Shown piece by piece: positions 51,089 to 64,000 of a stretch of 64,000 bases of DNA. The stretch comes from Chiloscyllium plagiosum (Eukaryota). The notes under the pieces are model-generated. The model saw nothing but the letters and a program-made list of their open reading frames with translations. It had not been told where the DNA came from and searched no databases. The stretch is taken from NCBI RefSeq assembly GCF_004010195.1, contig NC_057719.1, forward strand, positions 68,165,873-68,229,872, read 5' to 3'. A program made the translations under genes and the position numbers. Numbering within the stretch: the first letter of the stretch is position 1; each line of letters starts with the position of its first letter.

Positions 51089-51289
51089 CCAGATCACGCA
51101 ACACCAGATCATAGTCCAACAGGTTTATTTGGAAGCGCTAGTTTTTGGAGTGCTGCTCCTTCATCAGGTAGCTGATGAAGGAGCAGCACTCTGAAAGCTT
51201 GTGCTTCCAAATAAACCTATTGCTCTATAACCTGCTGTAGTGTGATTTTAACATTGTCCACCCAGTCCAACACCAGCACCTGCACATAA
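51089..51289. mobile_element. Short PLE fold-back insertion of another family, with a hammerhead motif at the inversion centre
   Basis: ...GCTGCTCCTTCATCAG-gtag-CTGATGAAGGAGCAGCACTCTGAAAGCTTGTG...; arms ~51091-51167 and ~51172-51248; 12-bp TSD TAAGTCAGTATT at 51077-51088 and 51290-51301. Confidence 0.82.
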
Positions 51290-51599
51290 TAAGTCAGTAT
51301 TGGCACCACAGGTGATGCAGCAGTACTTGAGGGGAGGTAGAAGAATGAAAGATTAGGACTGATCGGGGATTATTTAGTTAGACTGGCATATCTGCAAACC
51401 ATAAATGTGACTCCAGGATAGTATGTTGCCTCCTTGATACCAGAGTCAAGGACAGCATCAGGACATCTTTCGAGCCAGAGCGTACAGCCAAACATAGTAG
51501 GTTATGTTTTCACCAATGACTTGGATAGGAAGGGGAATGAGTTCCTGAAAGCAGATTTATGGAGGAGATTCAAAAGCAGGCTGTCCAAAGCAGTTTTTA

Positions 51600-52648
51600 A
51601 AAAATATTCATTCACTGGATTTGGCCATCACTGGCTGGCCAGCATTCTTGTTGCCCATGCCAGTTGCCCTATAGAAGATGGTAGTGAGCTGCCTTCCTGA
51701 ATCACTACAGTCCATGTGCAATGGGTTGACCCACAATGCAGTTAGTGAGAGAGTTACAGGATTTTGATGCAGGAACAATGAAAGAACAGTGATATATGTC
51801 CAAGTCAGGATGGTGAGTGGCTTTGAGGGCAATGTGCAGATGCAGCACTCCCATTTATCTGCTGTCCTTGTCCTTCTAAATGGAAGTGGTCATGGGTTTG
51901 GAGGTTGCTGTCTAAGGAGCCTTGGCAAACTTTTGCTGTGAATCATGTAGGTAGTAAACACTGTGCTGAGTATTGGTGATGGAGGGAGTGAATACTTGTG
52001 GATATGGTGCCAATTAAGTGGGCTGCTTCGTCCTGGAAGGTGTCCTTTGGGTGAGTTATTCGCCACAAGATTCTGAGCATCTGACCTGCTCTTGTCACCA
52101 CTGCATTTATATGGTAAGTCCAATTGAGTTTCTGTTCAATAATAACCAAAAGGACTTTGAGAGTGGGCAATTCAGTGATGGTAGCCCCATTGAATGTCAA
52201 GGGACATTCTTATTGGAGATAGTCATTGCCTGGCATTTTTATGGCACAGATGTTATTTGCCATTTATCAGCCTAAGCTTGGATATTGTCCAGACTTGTTG
52301 CATTTGAATATGGATTGCTTCAATATCTGAGGAATCACAAATGGTGCTGAGATTGTGCAATCATTAGCGAACATCCCCACTTCTGACCTTATGATAGAGG
52401 GAAGGTCATTGATGAAGCAGCTGAAGATAGTTGGACTAAGGACACTACCCTGAGCAACTCCTGCAGAGATGTCCTGGAACTGAGATGATTGACCTCCAAC
52501 AACCACAACCTATGTGCCAGGTATGACTCCAATCAGCAGAGAGATTGCCCCGATACCCATTGATTCCAGTTTGCTCAGGCTCCTTGATGTCACCCTTAGT
52601 CGAATGCAGCCTTGATGTCAAGGGGTGTCACTCCAATCTCACCTCAAC
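51600..52648 (-). mobile_element. CR1/L2-group LINE (family B) RT to 3' UTR
   Basis: QDISAGVAQGSVLSPTIFSCFINDLPSIIRSEVGMFANDCT. Confidence 0.88.
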
Positions 52649-54239
52649 TAATTCCAGAATTAGTCCCATTTCCAGTTAAATAAGCATAGAAACAGGATTG
52701 AGTATGTAGTTCGAAATCTGGTGTAGGATGGAAGGCATCAGATATATGAGGCCTTGGGACTGGTTCTATGCCCAGCGGATGGATGGAGACAGAAATGGGG
52801 CATGCATCCTCACAGAAAGATTTGCTTGGGTTTATATTTGTTCAACACAAGAATGGGTGCCTCAGAGAGAGCTCAGATTTATGGGAAGCAAAACTAATCA
52901 AAGGAAAAATGCAGACAAAGTAATGGCATTTATCAAATAGGATCAAAATAGACTATATGGTTGAATTACAGGCACTGTATCTGCCACAGCATTTGCAAAA
53001 TCATTGTTGATTTGAATTAACAAATTGAAGTGCATGGATATAATTTCATTGTCATTTGAGGTGTGGCTACAGGGTAACTGAGGTTAGGAACTGAATACAA
53101 AAGGACATTCTCAATTTAAGAGGGACAGATAAAAAGGAAAATGAGGTGAAGTCATACTCTTAATAAAGGATGACATTGGTACATTAGTAAGAGCGGATCA
53201 TTATTGATGGATCAAGGTTAGAATCAGTTTGGGTGGATCGAAGAAATAGCAAAGGAAATAAAAATTAGTGGGAATTGTGTGTAGAACTCTAAGTTGTCAT
53301 ACTAATGTTAGACATTCTAGAATTCAGGAAATTAGAAATATGTGTAACATGGGTAACAATAATAATGGATAACCTCAATTTGCTTATTGGATGTGTTAAC
53401 CAGCAGTGATGCTGTAGAGAATTTCTTCTTGGACTGTATGTGAGATAGACTTCTGGAACAGTCTGTTGAGGATCCAGCAAGGGATTGGGCTATTTTTTAT
53501 TTGATGTTGTATAATGAGAAAGAGCTAATTAATGGTCTTGCTGCAAAGGAGCTTTTGGGAAACAGTGATTATACTTTGATAGAATTTTACATGGAGTTTG
53601 AATGCGATGTGATTCATTCTGAAACTCAGGTCTTAAAACTGAGCAAAAGAAACAAAGAGGGTATGAGGGGAAAGTTGGCTAGTGTGGACTGGAAAACACA
53701 CTAAAAGATTTGATGTTCAACTTGCAATGGCTAATATTTCAAGAAAGATTATATGGTTTCCAATAAATATATATTCCTGCAATGCACAAACACCCAAAAG
53801 GAAAGGTGAGTCAACAATACTTAAAGAAAGATTAGATCAAAAGAAGTGCCATATTACAATACCAGAAATAGTGGTTATCTTAAGAATTGGGAGCTATTTA
53901 TGACCCTCCAAAGGAAGGACAAGAGATTGATAAAGCACAGTAAAAGAGCTAATGAATGTAAGCTGGCAAGAACTTAATGTAAAAGCTCCTACTGATATGT
54001 GGCCAGAAAAGGATTAGTAAGAATAAATGTGGGTCCATCATCGTTAGGAAATGGAAAATTTATAATGGAGAATGAAGACATTACAAAGAAACTAAACAGT
54101 CACTTTGCATTTGTCTTCATGAAAGAAGATACAGAGTATCTCTCACAAATACTCAGTGGCCAGTGGGCCTGTGTAACAAAAGGGCTAAGGAACAGAAAAT
54201 AGAGTAGGAAAAGGTATTTTCCCCTTGTTGCTTCTCTTT

Positions 54240-55385
54240 CATACAATATGATCATGTCTGATACTTTATCTCAAAGGCATACTCTGACTTTTACCCAATG
54301 TCTGGAAATCTATTTATTTCTTTTTAAATATATTCAGTGACCTGGCCTTTGCTTACTATGATAGAGATTTCCACAGAATAACTGCCCTCTGAGTGAAAAC
54401 ATTTCTCCTCAGCTCAGTCCGAAATGATCTACCCAGTATCCTGACAATGTGACCCCTTTTCCGACTACCAGAAAGGGTCCATCATCCTGGAATTCAGTCC
54501 AACTGGCCCTGACAGAATTTTATGTATTTCAATGAGATTGTCTCTCAATCTTCTAAACTCCAGGGAATGCTGGTCCGTTGACCTAATTTCTCCTCATATG
54601 ACAAGCCTGCCCTTCCAGGAATTAGCCTTATGTACCTTCACTGAATTCTCTCTGTGGAAATGTATCTTTTCTTAGATAAGGAGACCAAACTGTACATGAT
54701 GGTCCAGCTATGGTCTCACCAAGGCTCTGTATAATTGCACTAAGGCTTCCTTGCTCCTGTACTTGAATTCTCTTGCAATAAAGGCCAACATACCATTTGC
54801 ATTCCTCGCTGTTTGTTACACTTGCATGCTTGTTTTCAGTGACTGGTGTACAAGGGCAACCAATTCTCCTCTTACTTCAACATTTTCTCATCTGTCACAG
54901 TTTAACCATAAATCTGCCATTCTGTTTCTCCTAAATTCACACTTATCCACATTATTATCACATCTGCCTTGTATTTACCTTCTCACTCAACTTATCTAAA
55001 TTCCCTTGAATTGTCTTCATAATGATCTTCCCACTCACAATTCCTTTTGTTTATACATCATCAGCAAACTTGAAGCTATTATATTTGATTCCCTCATCCA
55101 AATCATTGATAATTATTGTGAATATCCATGTCCCAACACTGATCTCTGTTGTATCCCACTAGAGACTGTTTTTCACTCTGAAAAAAACCCCATTTATTTC
55201 TACTTTCTGTTTCCTGTCTGCTAACCAGTTCTCAATCCATTCCAATATGTTACATCCAATTCCATGTATTTTAATTTTGCACACTCTTGTTAAACTTTTT
55301 TTGAAAATCCAAATACATTATATCCACTGTTCTCATTAACCTATTTTACTTATATCCTTAGAAAAACTACCAGGACTTTTGTCAA
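54240..55385 (-). mobile_element. CR1 LINE RT to 3' end, decayed
   Basis: Minus-strand FADD (TTTGCTGATGAT) and ANGMLAFIAR remnants. Confidence 0.78.
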
Positions 55386-55434
55386 CCAAGACTTATGTTC
55401 TATAATCGATGATAGGAGCAGGAAAGGTGAGGAC

Positions 55435-55855
55435 CCTTAGACAGGCTGTCAGCATCATCGAGGAAAACAGGAGAGGTGAGACAGAAGCAGATAAATCAAC
55501 GAGAGAGTTGTGTGGGACTCAGCAGAAGCAATGACGTTAAAAGGAGCAGCAAGAACGGAGGGGTCCCAGAAGCAGATAGGACCACAGTGAGCTGTGTGAG
55601 ACTCAGGGGTGGGAGCAGTAAGAGTAGAGAGATCTCAGAAGCAGACAGGACAGCGAGATGCTGTGTGGGACTCAGCATTTGCAGCTGTGAGGTTAAAAGG
55701 AGCAGTGAGAGTGGAGTGGGAGCAGTAAGAGTGGAGAGATCTCAGAAGCAGACAGGACAGCGAGATGCTGTGTGGGACTGCATTTGCAGCTGTGAGGTTA
55801 AAAGGAGCAGTGAGAGTGGAGAGATCCCAGAAGCAGATAGGATGGTGGAAGAGCT
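55435..55855 (+). repeat. Imperfect tandem repeat (~5 units of ~70-105 bp) upstream of CR1 ORF1
   Basis: Recurring CAGAAGCAGA(C/T)AGGA...TGTGTGGGACT...AAAAGGAGCAG units. Confidence 0.85.
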
Positions 55856-55899
55856 ACTTCAATGAAATCAAATGGGATATCATGTGAGAGCAGGAGATT

Positions 55900-58800
55900 A
55901 AGTGCTGGATATTTCTATCTTGTTTCCTGTTTAAGACCAAAAATACAGCTTAAATAGTTACTTAGATAATTAATACTTTAGAACTTCAAAAATAAATTAA
56001 AGTTGTGGTTCTGCGTGTTCATCTGCCATGAGCAAAAACAAGTTTTTTTTCCAGTTTATATTTAAATAGATATAAGGGTAAAATAAAAGCCTTCATTTGC
56101 ACATCCTGCACGATGTGGGAAATCCTCAGTGTTCCTGGTAGTCTGGTTAACCATGTGTGTAGAAGGTGCCTGCGGTGAGAGTCACTCAAGCTCTGGGTTT
56201 TTAGAACTTGAGAATCAACTGTGGACAGTGCGGGGCATTCATGAGGGTGAAAGGTTTGTGGATAACATGTTTGTAGATAACACCATCAATGGCAAATGGG
56301 ACTAGATTAATTTAGGATATCTGGTCAGCATGGACGAGTTAGACCAAAGAGTCTGTTTCCGTGCTGTACATCTCTATGACTCTATGACCCACAGATTAAG
56401 GACATGCAGGCAGAGTGAGACTGGATGGTCACCAGACAGAAGAAGAGGATCAGATAGATAGGAAATCCCATAAGCACATCTTGCTTGGAACCTAATTTTT
56501 AGCCTTGAAAAACAAGAGAGAATTACAGATCCTGTGTAGAGGAAAGCCAGAACTGAGGACCTGACACCATAGGTTGTCCAGTTACTCAGTGGGAGGGAGT
56601 AAACAGGTGTTTCTATGGCAGTAGATGTGTTTCCAGGATGGTCTGTTGCCCCCTGGGTATGCCAAGGTCATGAATTTCATAGAAAGGCTGTTGGGCTTTC
56701 TGAAGGGGCAGGGTAATCAGCTCGAGATCGTGATCCATTTTGGATAGGAAGGAAGACATAGGAAGAAAGAGAAATGATGTCCTGCAAATAGACTATAGGC
56801 AATTAGGTAGGAAATTGAAAAACAGGACTTTTCATCCAGAATAATCTTCGCATTATTCCCAGTGGAATGCACTAGTGAGTATAGGAATAGAAGAAAGGTG
56901 ACATGGTGGCTCAGTAGTTAGCACTGCTGCCTCTAAGTGCCAAGAATCCAGGTTTAATTCAGGTGCCTGTTTGTGTGGAGTTTTCACATCCTCCCTGTGT
57001 CTGTGCGGGTTTCCTTCGAGTACTTCAGTTTCCTCCCTCAGTCCAGAGATGTACAGACTGGGTAGATTGGCCATGCTAAATTGCCCATAGTGTCCGGGGA
57101 TGTGCAGTCTAGGTGGGTTTAACCATGGGAAGTGCAGGTTACACAGATAGGGTAGGGGAGTGGGTCTTGGTGGGTTGCTTTTCAGAGGTCTGTGTGGACC
57201 CAGTGGGTCAAACGGCCTGCTTCCACACTGTAGGGACTCAATGGTTGCATGGCAGGAGAGATGGTCCAAGAGGAAGGCTTTAGATTCCTGAGGCATCATG
57301 ACTACTTCTGGGGCAGGTGGGATCTGCGCAACCTGGAAAGAATGCATTTGAACAGCAATAGGACCAACACTGTCATGCAGGGGGATTTGCTGCTGGAGAT
57401 AGATTTAAATTGATTGGCAGTGGGAATCTTAACAAGTAGTTCAAAGGGGAGAGAATTTGGGATGGAATTACAAAGTAACTATGAGCAAGTGAGTCTGGAA
57501 GGTAGAGGGAACATAAGGTAGATGGGAAAGTGGCTTTCAACAGCATGTCAGCTTCAAACAGCTGCCCCCAATCCAAATCAAGAAGGACATAACAAGAGCA
57601 CAGAGTAGCTGTGTTCCAATAAAGACAAAAGGTAAGACCAAGAATGGAGAACCCTGGGTATCAAGGCACATAAAGATTAGTAGTAAACGAAAAAGGGTAG
57701 TCTATAGCAGATACTGGAGGCTCAATGCAGAGAGACCATAGAGGAGTCTAAAAAGAGCAGATTGGCAACCTTAGAAAAGGAAGTTAAGAAGGCTTATGAA
57801 AAAACATTGGAGGGTAAAATAATGGAAAACTTAAAGGGCCTTTTTGAAAGAGGAAAAAGAGAATAACTAGGGAAAGAGTAGGGCCCATGAGGCACCATGA
57901 AGGTAATCTGTGAACACATTGGTGCAGTCCTCAATGAGTACTTTGCCTGCATGGTCTTTGGTGATCACAGTGGAAAAGATGATGCCGGTATAGGCATTAG
58001 ACTGGAGGACTGTAAATGATCAGAAAAAGAAACATACTGAGAGAGAAGGTACTATTGAGCTTATTAGCCTTAAAAGTGGATACATCCATAAACCTGGATG
58101 AGATATAACCTAGGCTGTTGAGGGATGCGAGGGAGGACTTTCAGATCCTTTCTGGCCACAGGTGAGTTTCCCGAGGATGAGAAGACTGCTAATGTTGTCC
58201 CATTATTTAAAAAAGGAAGAAGGGTTGGATTGGGAAACTACAAGCTGACCAATCTAACCTCAATGATGGAGAGGTTATTGGAAGAATTCTCAGTGTCAGA
58301 ATGAATCAGCACTTGTAATGAAACAGATTAATCAGCAACAGTCAGCATGGATTTGAAAAGGTAAGGTTGAGATTCACAAATTTGATCAAATATTTTGAAG
58401 ATATAACCAGAAGTGTTGATGAGGTCAACATATAGTTTAGCAAGGCTTTTCAAAAGGTCCCTTATAGAAGACTATATAAGAAAGTAAAAGCCCATAAGAT
58501 CCAATGCAATTGGCACATTGGATCCAAAATTGGCTGATAGGTAGGAAGCAGAGGATGATGGGAAGCAAATGTTTCTCTGACAGGAGATGTATTGCCAGTG
58601 AAATTCCATAGTGCTCAGTGCAGGGCCCTTGCTACTTGTGGTGTACTTTAATGATTTGGACTTAAATGTAGATGGTACGATCAAGAAGTTTGGGGATGAC
58701 AAGACATTTGATAAGATGATAAATAATAATAAGATGAGCCTTAAATTGCCGAGAGATATCTATGGACTAGTCAGCTCAGCAGAGCAATTGCAAATGGAAT

Positions 58801-59550
58801 TTCGCCAGGAAAATTGTGAGGTAGTGCACGTGGGGAGGGTGAACAATTACACCATGAATGGTAGGACCCTGGAGAGTACTAAAGATCAGAGGGATCTTGG
58901 TGCGTATATCCACAGATCCCAGAAGATAGGGCAGAAAGAAAAGTGGTTTGAAACCACATGAATACTTGCCTTTATTGACAACAACATGGAACACCAGAGC
59001 AAGGAGACAATGCTAGAACAGTATAAAACACAGGTTCGGCTAAAATGGCTCTGTATTTAGTTCTGGTCACCATATTATAGGAAGGATGTGATTGCATGAG
59101 AAAGGGTGCAAAGGAGATTTACTAGGATGCTACCTGGGCTGGAGGGCCTGAGTGTGAGGAAGGATTGGACAAGATGAGTTTGTTTCCCTTGAAGCAGTGA
59201 AGGTTAAGAGTAACCTGATAAGGTATATAAGATTATGAGAGGCTTTAATAGTGTTGATAGGAAGACACATCTTTCATCAATAATGAGTTCAAAAGCCTGG
59301 GGGGGCATAGATTTAATATAAAATGTAGAAGGTTAATAAGGCAGTTGTGGAAAAATCTTTTCACCCAGAGTCTGGAACTCACTGACTGAAAGATTGGTTG
59401 AGTCAGAAACTCCCCTTATATTAAGCGGTATTTACATCTTCACTTGTGTTGCCACAACCTCGAGAAAAATGGGCAAAGAGCTGGAAAATGGAATTAGTGT
59501 GGTCAGATCTTTGTTGGCCAGTATGGGTATGATGACTCTTCCTGTGTTAT
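55900..59550 (+). mobile_element. Long CR1 LINE: ORF1 zinc finger and esterase, then RT; decayed
   Basis: CTSCTMWE...HVCRRC at ~56098-56170; esterase-like segment ~56600-57420; ANVVPLFKKG, FNDLDL...KKFGDDK. Confidence 0.82.
56898..57243 (+). mobile_element. HE1-like V-SINE nested in CR1 ORF1
   Basis: Same head and V-domain as the other two copies. Confidence 0.85.
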
Positions 59551-59559
59551 AAATGGCTT

Positions 59560-60500
59560 TAAAACCATATTGACTTTATGTTATCCCATTTATATTTTCT
59601 AAGTGTCCTGTTATTGCATCCTTTTATGACTGCTAATGTTAGGCGAACCGACTTGTAATTGCCAGTTTCTCCCTCTTTCATTTCTGAAATTATGGGTTTA
59701 CATTTACCACCCTCCAATCTGCCAGGACTGTTCCAGAGTCTATAGAATATTGTGAGATGACAACGAATGAATCCATTATCTCGATGGCCACCTTATTATT
59801 GTACCCTGAGACACAGATTATCAGACCCTGGGGATTTATCAGCTTTTAGTCCCATTAATTTCTCAAAGGTGTTTTTTAAATTAATGCTAATGTCTTTTTG
59901 TCTGCTTCCCAAAAGACCCTTTCTTCCCTAGCATTTCTGGGAAGTTATTTTTAACTTCTTTTGTGAAGACAGAATAAAAATAGTTGATAATTACATTGCC
60001 ATTTCTTTCTTCTCCATTATCAATTTTCCCGTTTCAGTCTACAAGGGACATATATTTGTCTTTACTAAACTTTGCCTTGTTACGCACTTGTAAGAAAATC
60101 TTTAAATTCTTGCAAACGTATGCTCATACTTTATCTTCCAACTCTTAATCAATCTCTTGGTGTTCCTTTGGTGCTTTTAAACTAGTCCCAATCCTCAGAC
60201 TGGCTACTTTTTTCTTGATATTTTACATGACTCCTCTTTGGATCTAACACTATCCTTACTTTTCTTTTGTTAGTCACTGTTGGACATTTCCTATTGTATT
60301 TTTACACCAGAGAAGAGTGTGTAACTGGTGCATTGTATACATCTGTTCCTTATTTATGAGCCATTATCTATCCAGTGTTATGACTTTTGATGAAAATACC
60401 AATCTATTACAGCACACCTTATACCTCATATTTTCCTTTGTTTAGATTTAGGATTCAACTTGGTCCACTTCCTTTCTATCCCAATGAAGAATTCTGTAAA
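59560..60500 (-). mobile_element. CR1 LINE ORF2 linker fragment
   Basis: Minus-strand LKADKSPG and DWRVVNV...GNYKSVRLT remnants. Confidence 0.7.
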
Positions 60501-60929
60501 ACTCTGATTACTTTTTAGTAAAAGACCTCATACAATAAATATAACTAACCTTTCTAATTTCATAATATTTTTAAAGCCTGTTCCCAAGTTGGTCTAAGTA
60601 GCCATGCTTCAGGAGTTTATCCATCAATGTATTAACATGAACATGTTTTGTTCAAATTATATGTGGAATGGAGTCATCCATGATTATTATTGTAACCATG
60701 TTATATTGTTACGATATGGAGACAAACTGCCAAACCAAACCAGCCTCTATATTAGCCACAGAGTAAAAACTTCAAAGACCCCAGAATTGACCCCAATTGT
60801 TCCTAATCAAACTTTTCAATAACCAATCCCAGATACTGTGAATATTCAATTCCAGACACCAGCTCGTATCTTAAACAAACAAATTAGCAATTTATTCACA
60901 GTACAGTAACCTTAACAGCACAAAACATT

Positions 60930-63490
60930 AATATGTTAGAATTGGGTATAAAGGATGTGATAAGTGAACACTTAGAAAAGAATAGCCAAATGGAGTGGTA
61001 TCAACACAGATTACGAAAAGATAAATTATGTTTGACAAACTTGTTGGTATTTTTTGAGGGTGTTTACTCACAGCATAGACAAAGGAGAACCAACAAATAT
61101 GGTACACTGATTTTTAGAAGGTTTTTGATAAGGTCTCACAAAGGAGTTTAGTAAATAAACTTAAAACATAAGGGATTACGGTGAATACATGAGTATGGAT
61201 TGAACGATGTGAAAGCGAGAGTAGGAATAGGCTGTTACTTATGGGTATCACAAGCATCAGTGCAAGCTTCACAACTGTTTATAACCAGTATAAATAGTTT
61301 AGAGTCCCATTGTAATATTTACAAGCTTGCTGCTGACACAAAAGTAAATGTAACGTAAGTTATGCAATAGATGCAAGGGGGTTTCAAGAAGACAGGAAGG
61401 CAAAGTGAATAAGCTAGAACATGGCAGATTAATTGAAATTTAAGTACAAAGAACAATACAGCACAGGAACAGACCCATCAGCCCACAAAGCCTGCACTAG
61501 CATATGATGCCTTTCTCAACAAAAAACATTTGCCTCTATTTGGTCGATATCCCTCTATTCCCTACTTGCTCATCTATCTGTCAACATGCCGCTCAAATGT
61601 TGCAATTGCATCTGCCTCTACCTCCTCCTCAGGCAGCACATTCCAGGTACTTATCACCCTTGTGTAAAACACTTGTCTCTCACACATCTCATAGAGTCAT
61701 AGAGATGTATAACACAGAAACAGACCCTTCCATCCAAATCTCCATGCCTGACCAGATATTCCAAATTAATCTAGTCCCATTTGCCAGCATTTGGCCCCAA
61801 TCCCTCTAAACTCTTCACATTCATATATCCATCCAGATGCCTTTTAAATGTTGTTATTGTATCAGCCTCCACCACTTCCTCATTCTACACATGCACCACC
61901 CTCTCCATGAAAAAGTTGCTCCTTTCCTCCCTTTTAAACCTTTCTCCTCTCACTTTAAATCCATGATTTCTAGTTTTGGACTCTCCTCAGGCAGAGAAAA
62001 GACCTTGGCTTTTCACCGTATTCATGCCCTTCATGATTTTATAAACCTGTACAAGATCATCACTCAGCCTCCAACACTCCAGGGAAAATAACTCCAGCCT
62101 ATTCAGCCTCTCCTCCAGCTCCAACCCTGGCAACAACCTTGTAAATGTTTTCTGAAACCTTTCAAGTTTCACAACATCCTTCCAACAGCAGGGAGACCAG
62201 AATTGCATGCACTATTCCAAAAGTAGCCTAACTAATGTCCTGTACTGCCACAACCTGACCTCCCAATTCCTAAACTCAATGCTCTGACGAATAAGGCCTT
62301 TAGACTTTACCCCTTTTCCCTTAAACCTATGTCACCTCAACTGACATTTCTATTGTTGGAAAAACAGACTCTGACTATCTATTCTATCTATAACTATCTG
62401 GTGCCCCCTCAGCCTTCGATGTTCAAGTAAAAACAAACCAAGTTTGTCTAATCTCTCCTCCTAGCTAATCGCCTCCAAACCAAGCAACATCCTGGTAAAC
62501 CTTTTCTGCACCGTCTCCAAAGCCTCTACATCCTTCTGGTAATGTGGCAACTAGATATGTACACAATATTCCAAATATGGCCTAGCTAAAGTTCCATACA
62601 GCTGCCACATGGCTTGCAATTTTTGTACTGTATGGTCCATCTGATGAAGGCAAGTATGCCGTATGCCTTTTTGGCTAACTTATCCACTTGTGTTGCCACT
62701 TGCAGGGAAAATAAGTGTGAAATTATTCACTTTGCTAGAAAAAAAGAGAAAGGCAGAATATTTTTTACTTGATGTGAGTCTGGGAAATGCCGGTATCCTA
62801 AAGGATCTGGGTGTCCTTTCTATGAGTCACTATGTGCTGGCATGCTGGTACAACAAGCAATTACAACAACAAATGATATATTGGCATTCGTGTCAAGGTG
62901 ATTTGAGTGCAGAAGTAAAGGTGTCTTGCTGCAGTTCTTCAGCATCTTGGTGACACTGGATCTGGAGTATTATGAGCAGTTTTGGTTCTTTTACCTAAGG
63001 AAGGACATACATTTCATAGAGGAAGTGCATGGCGAGGTGCCAAATTAATCCCTTGAATGGCAGAATTGTTTTATGAAGATGTGGCACCTCTATTCTCTAT
63101 AGTTTCAAGAAAGACGGGTGATGTCTTTGAAAAGTTAAAAATTCTTACTGGGCTTGACAGGGTGGATTATAGATAGGCTATCGTCCTACTCGTTCTTCTA
63201 GTCACAGGAGAATAATCTCAGAATAAGGGCAGACCATTTAAGACTGAAATGAAGAGGAATTTCTGCATTCAGAGGATGGTGAATTTTTGCAATTCTTTAC
63301 CTCAGAGAGCTGTAGAAGATCAATCATTGACCATGTGCAAGTCAGACATCAATAGATTTCTGCAGACTAACGATGTTGAAGGACATGGAGATAGTGTGGG
63401 AAGATTACATTGAGGTAGATGATCAGCTGTTATCTAGAATGGCAGAGAATCCTTCGTTGGCTGACTGGCCTAATACTGTTTCTTTGTTTC
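60930..63490 (+). mobile_element. Decayed CR1 RT to 3' end containing two nested antisense CR1 3' fragments (~61445-62700 and ~61690-62298)
   Basis: CLTNLLVFFEG, LAADTK and FCIQRMVNF on plus; QFWSPC...LERFQK.FTRLLPGL and a CTCTATGACTCTATGA tail on minus. Confidence 0.75.
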
Positions 63491-63549
63491 TGCGAGACTG
63501 GAATAGAAGGAGAATGAGAAACTGGGTCGGAGCAGCTTCTGTTTGGCAG

Positions 63550-64000
63550 GGTGATGGGGGCAGAAGGGATAAACTTGTGGGGGGATGGAGAGAGAGATTG
63601 AGATGGAGGAAGAGAGAAAACTGGGAGGAAGAGACACACACTGAGACAGAGGTGGAAACTGGGATAGTGGAAGGTAGAGAGTGGCACACTAAGATAGAGA
63701 AATTGCCAAGAAAGAGAGAGATTGAGACACTGGGATTGAGCTTGTGATAGACAGACTAGGATAGGAAGGGAGAGAGAGAGCGAGAGACTGAATGAGGGAG
63801 GTGTACTGGATTAGAGAGAAGTGAGAGACTAAGAAGGCAGAGAGGCTGAGATAATGGGACAGTCTGAAATATAGAGTCTTTGATAGACAGAGAGATGGAG
63901 ACTAGAATAGAGATTAGGATAGAGGGAGAGTCTGGGATTGAGGGACAGATAGATGGCAAGACAGAGAGAGAAAGAGAAAGAAATTAGGATTGAAGGAAAT
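63550..64000. repeat. GA-rich low-complexity tract
   Basis: Purine-rich GAGA/GGAT repeats running to the window end. Confidence 0.85.

Larger units (their letters stand above)
50980..54210 (+). mobile_element. CR1 LINE 5' half (ORF1 esterase and APE), interrupted by a PLE and a family-B LINE
   Basis: LIGDY...VCCLL esterase remnants; APE remnants including LLGNSDYTLIEF. Confidence 0.7.

Noticed and set aside
55435..55865. Repeat array as CRISPR, or the 129-aa ORF as a protein
   Set aside because: Degenerate tandem units with no unique spacers, no cas genes and a vertebrate context.
63373..63959. Several 67-124 aa ORFs
   Set aside because: Translations of a CR1 tail and GA-rich low-complexity DNA.

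Overview
Vertebrate genomic DNA, almost certainly from a shark or other cartilaginous fish, inferred from HE1-type V-SINEs, a SacSINE1-like Deu-SINE and CR1 elements with (CTCTATGA)n tails. The only host gene I can support is CDIN1 (C15orf41) on the minus strand: coding exons 1-4 (101, 46, 65 and 61 bp, GT-AG introns, continuous frame), a CpG/CCAAT promoter near 48.0-48.3 kb and a ~44 kb first intron. The gene continues beyond the left edge of the window. The rest is mostly decayed, often nested retroelements (CR1, a second CR1/L2-group LINE, Rex1/Babar, RTE, Penelope-like elements, SINEs), with TE-poor islands rich in TALE/HOX motifs that may be MEIS2-neighbourhood enhancers. The most notable signal is a set of Penelope-like insertions carrying minimal hammerhead-ribozyme motifs. 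Several are head-to-head fold-back palindromes flanked by 11-14 bp target-site duplications, and in the short copies the 5' end or inversion point falls at the ribozyme core. Exon and TSD coordinates were counted by hand. Boundaries of decayed repeats are approximate, and family names come from remembered motifs, not database searches.
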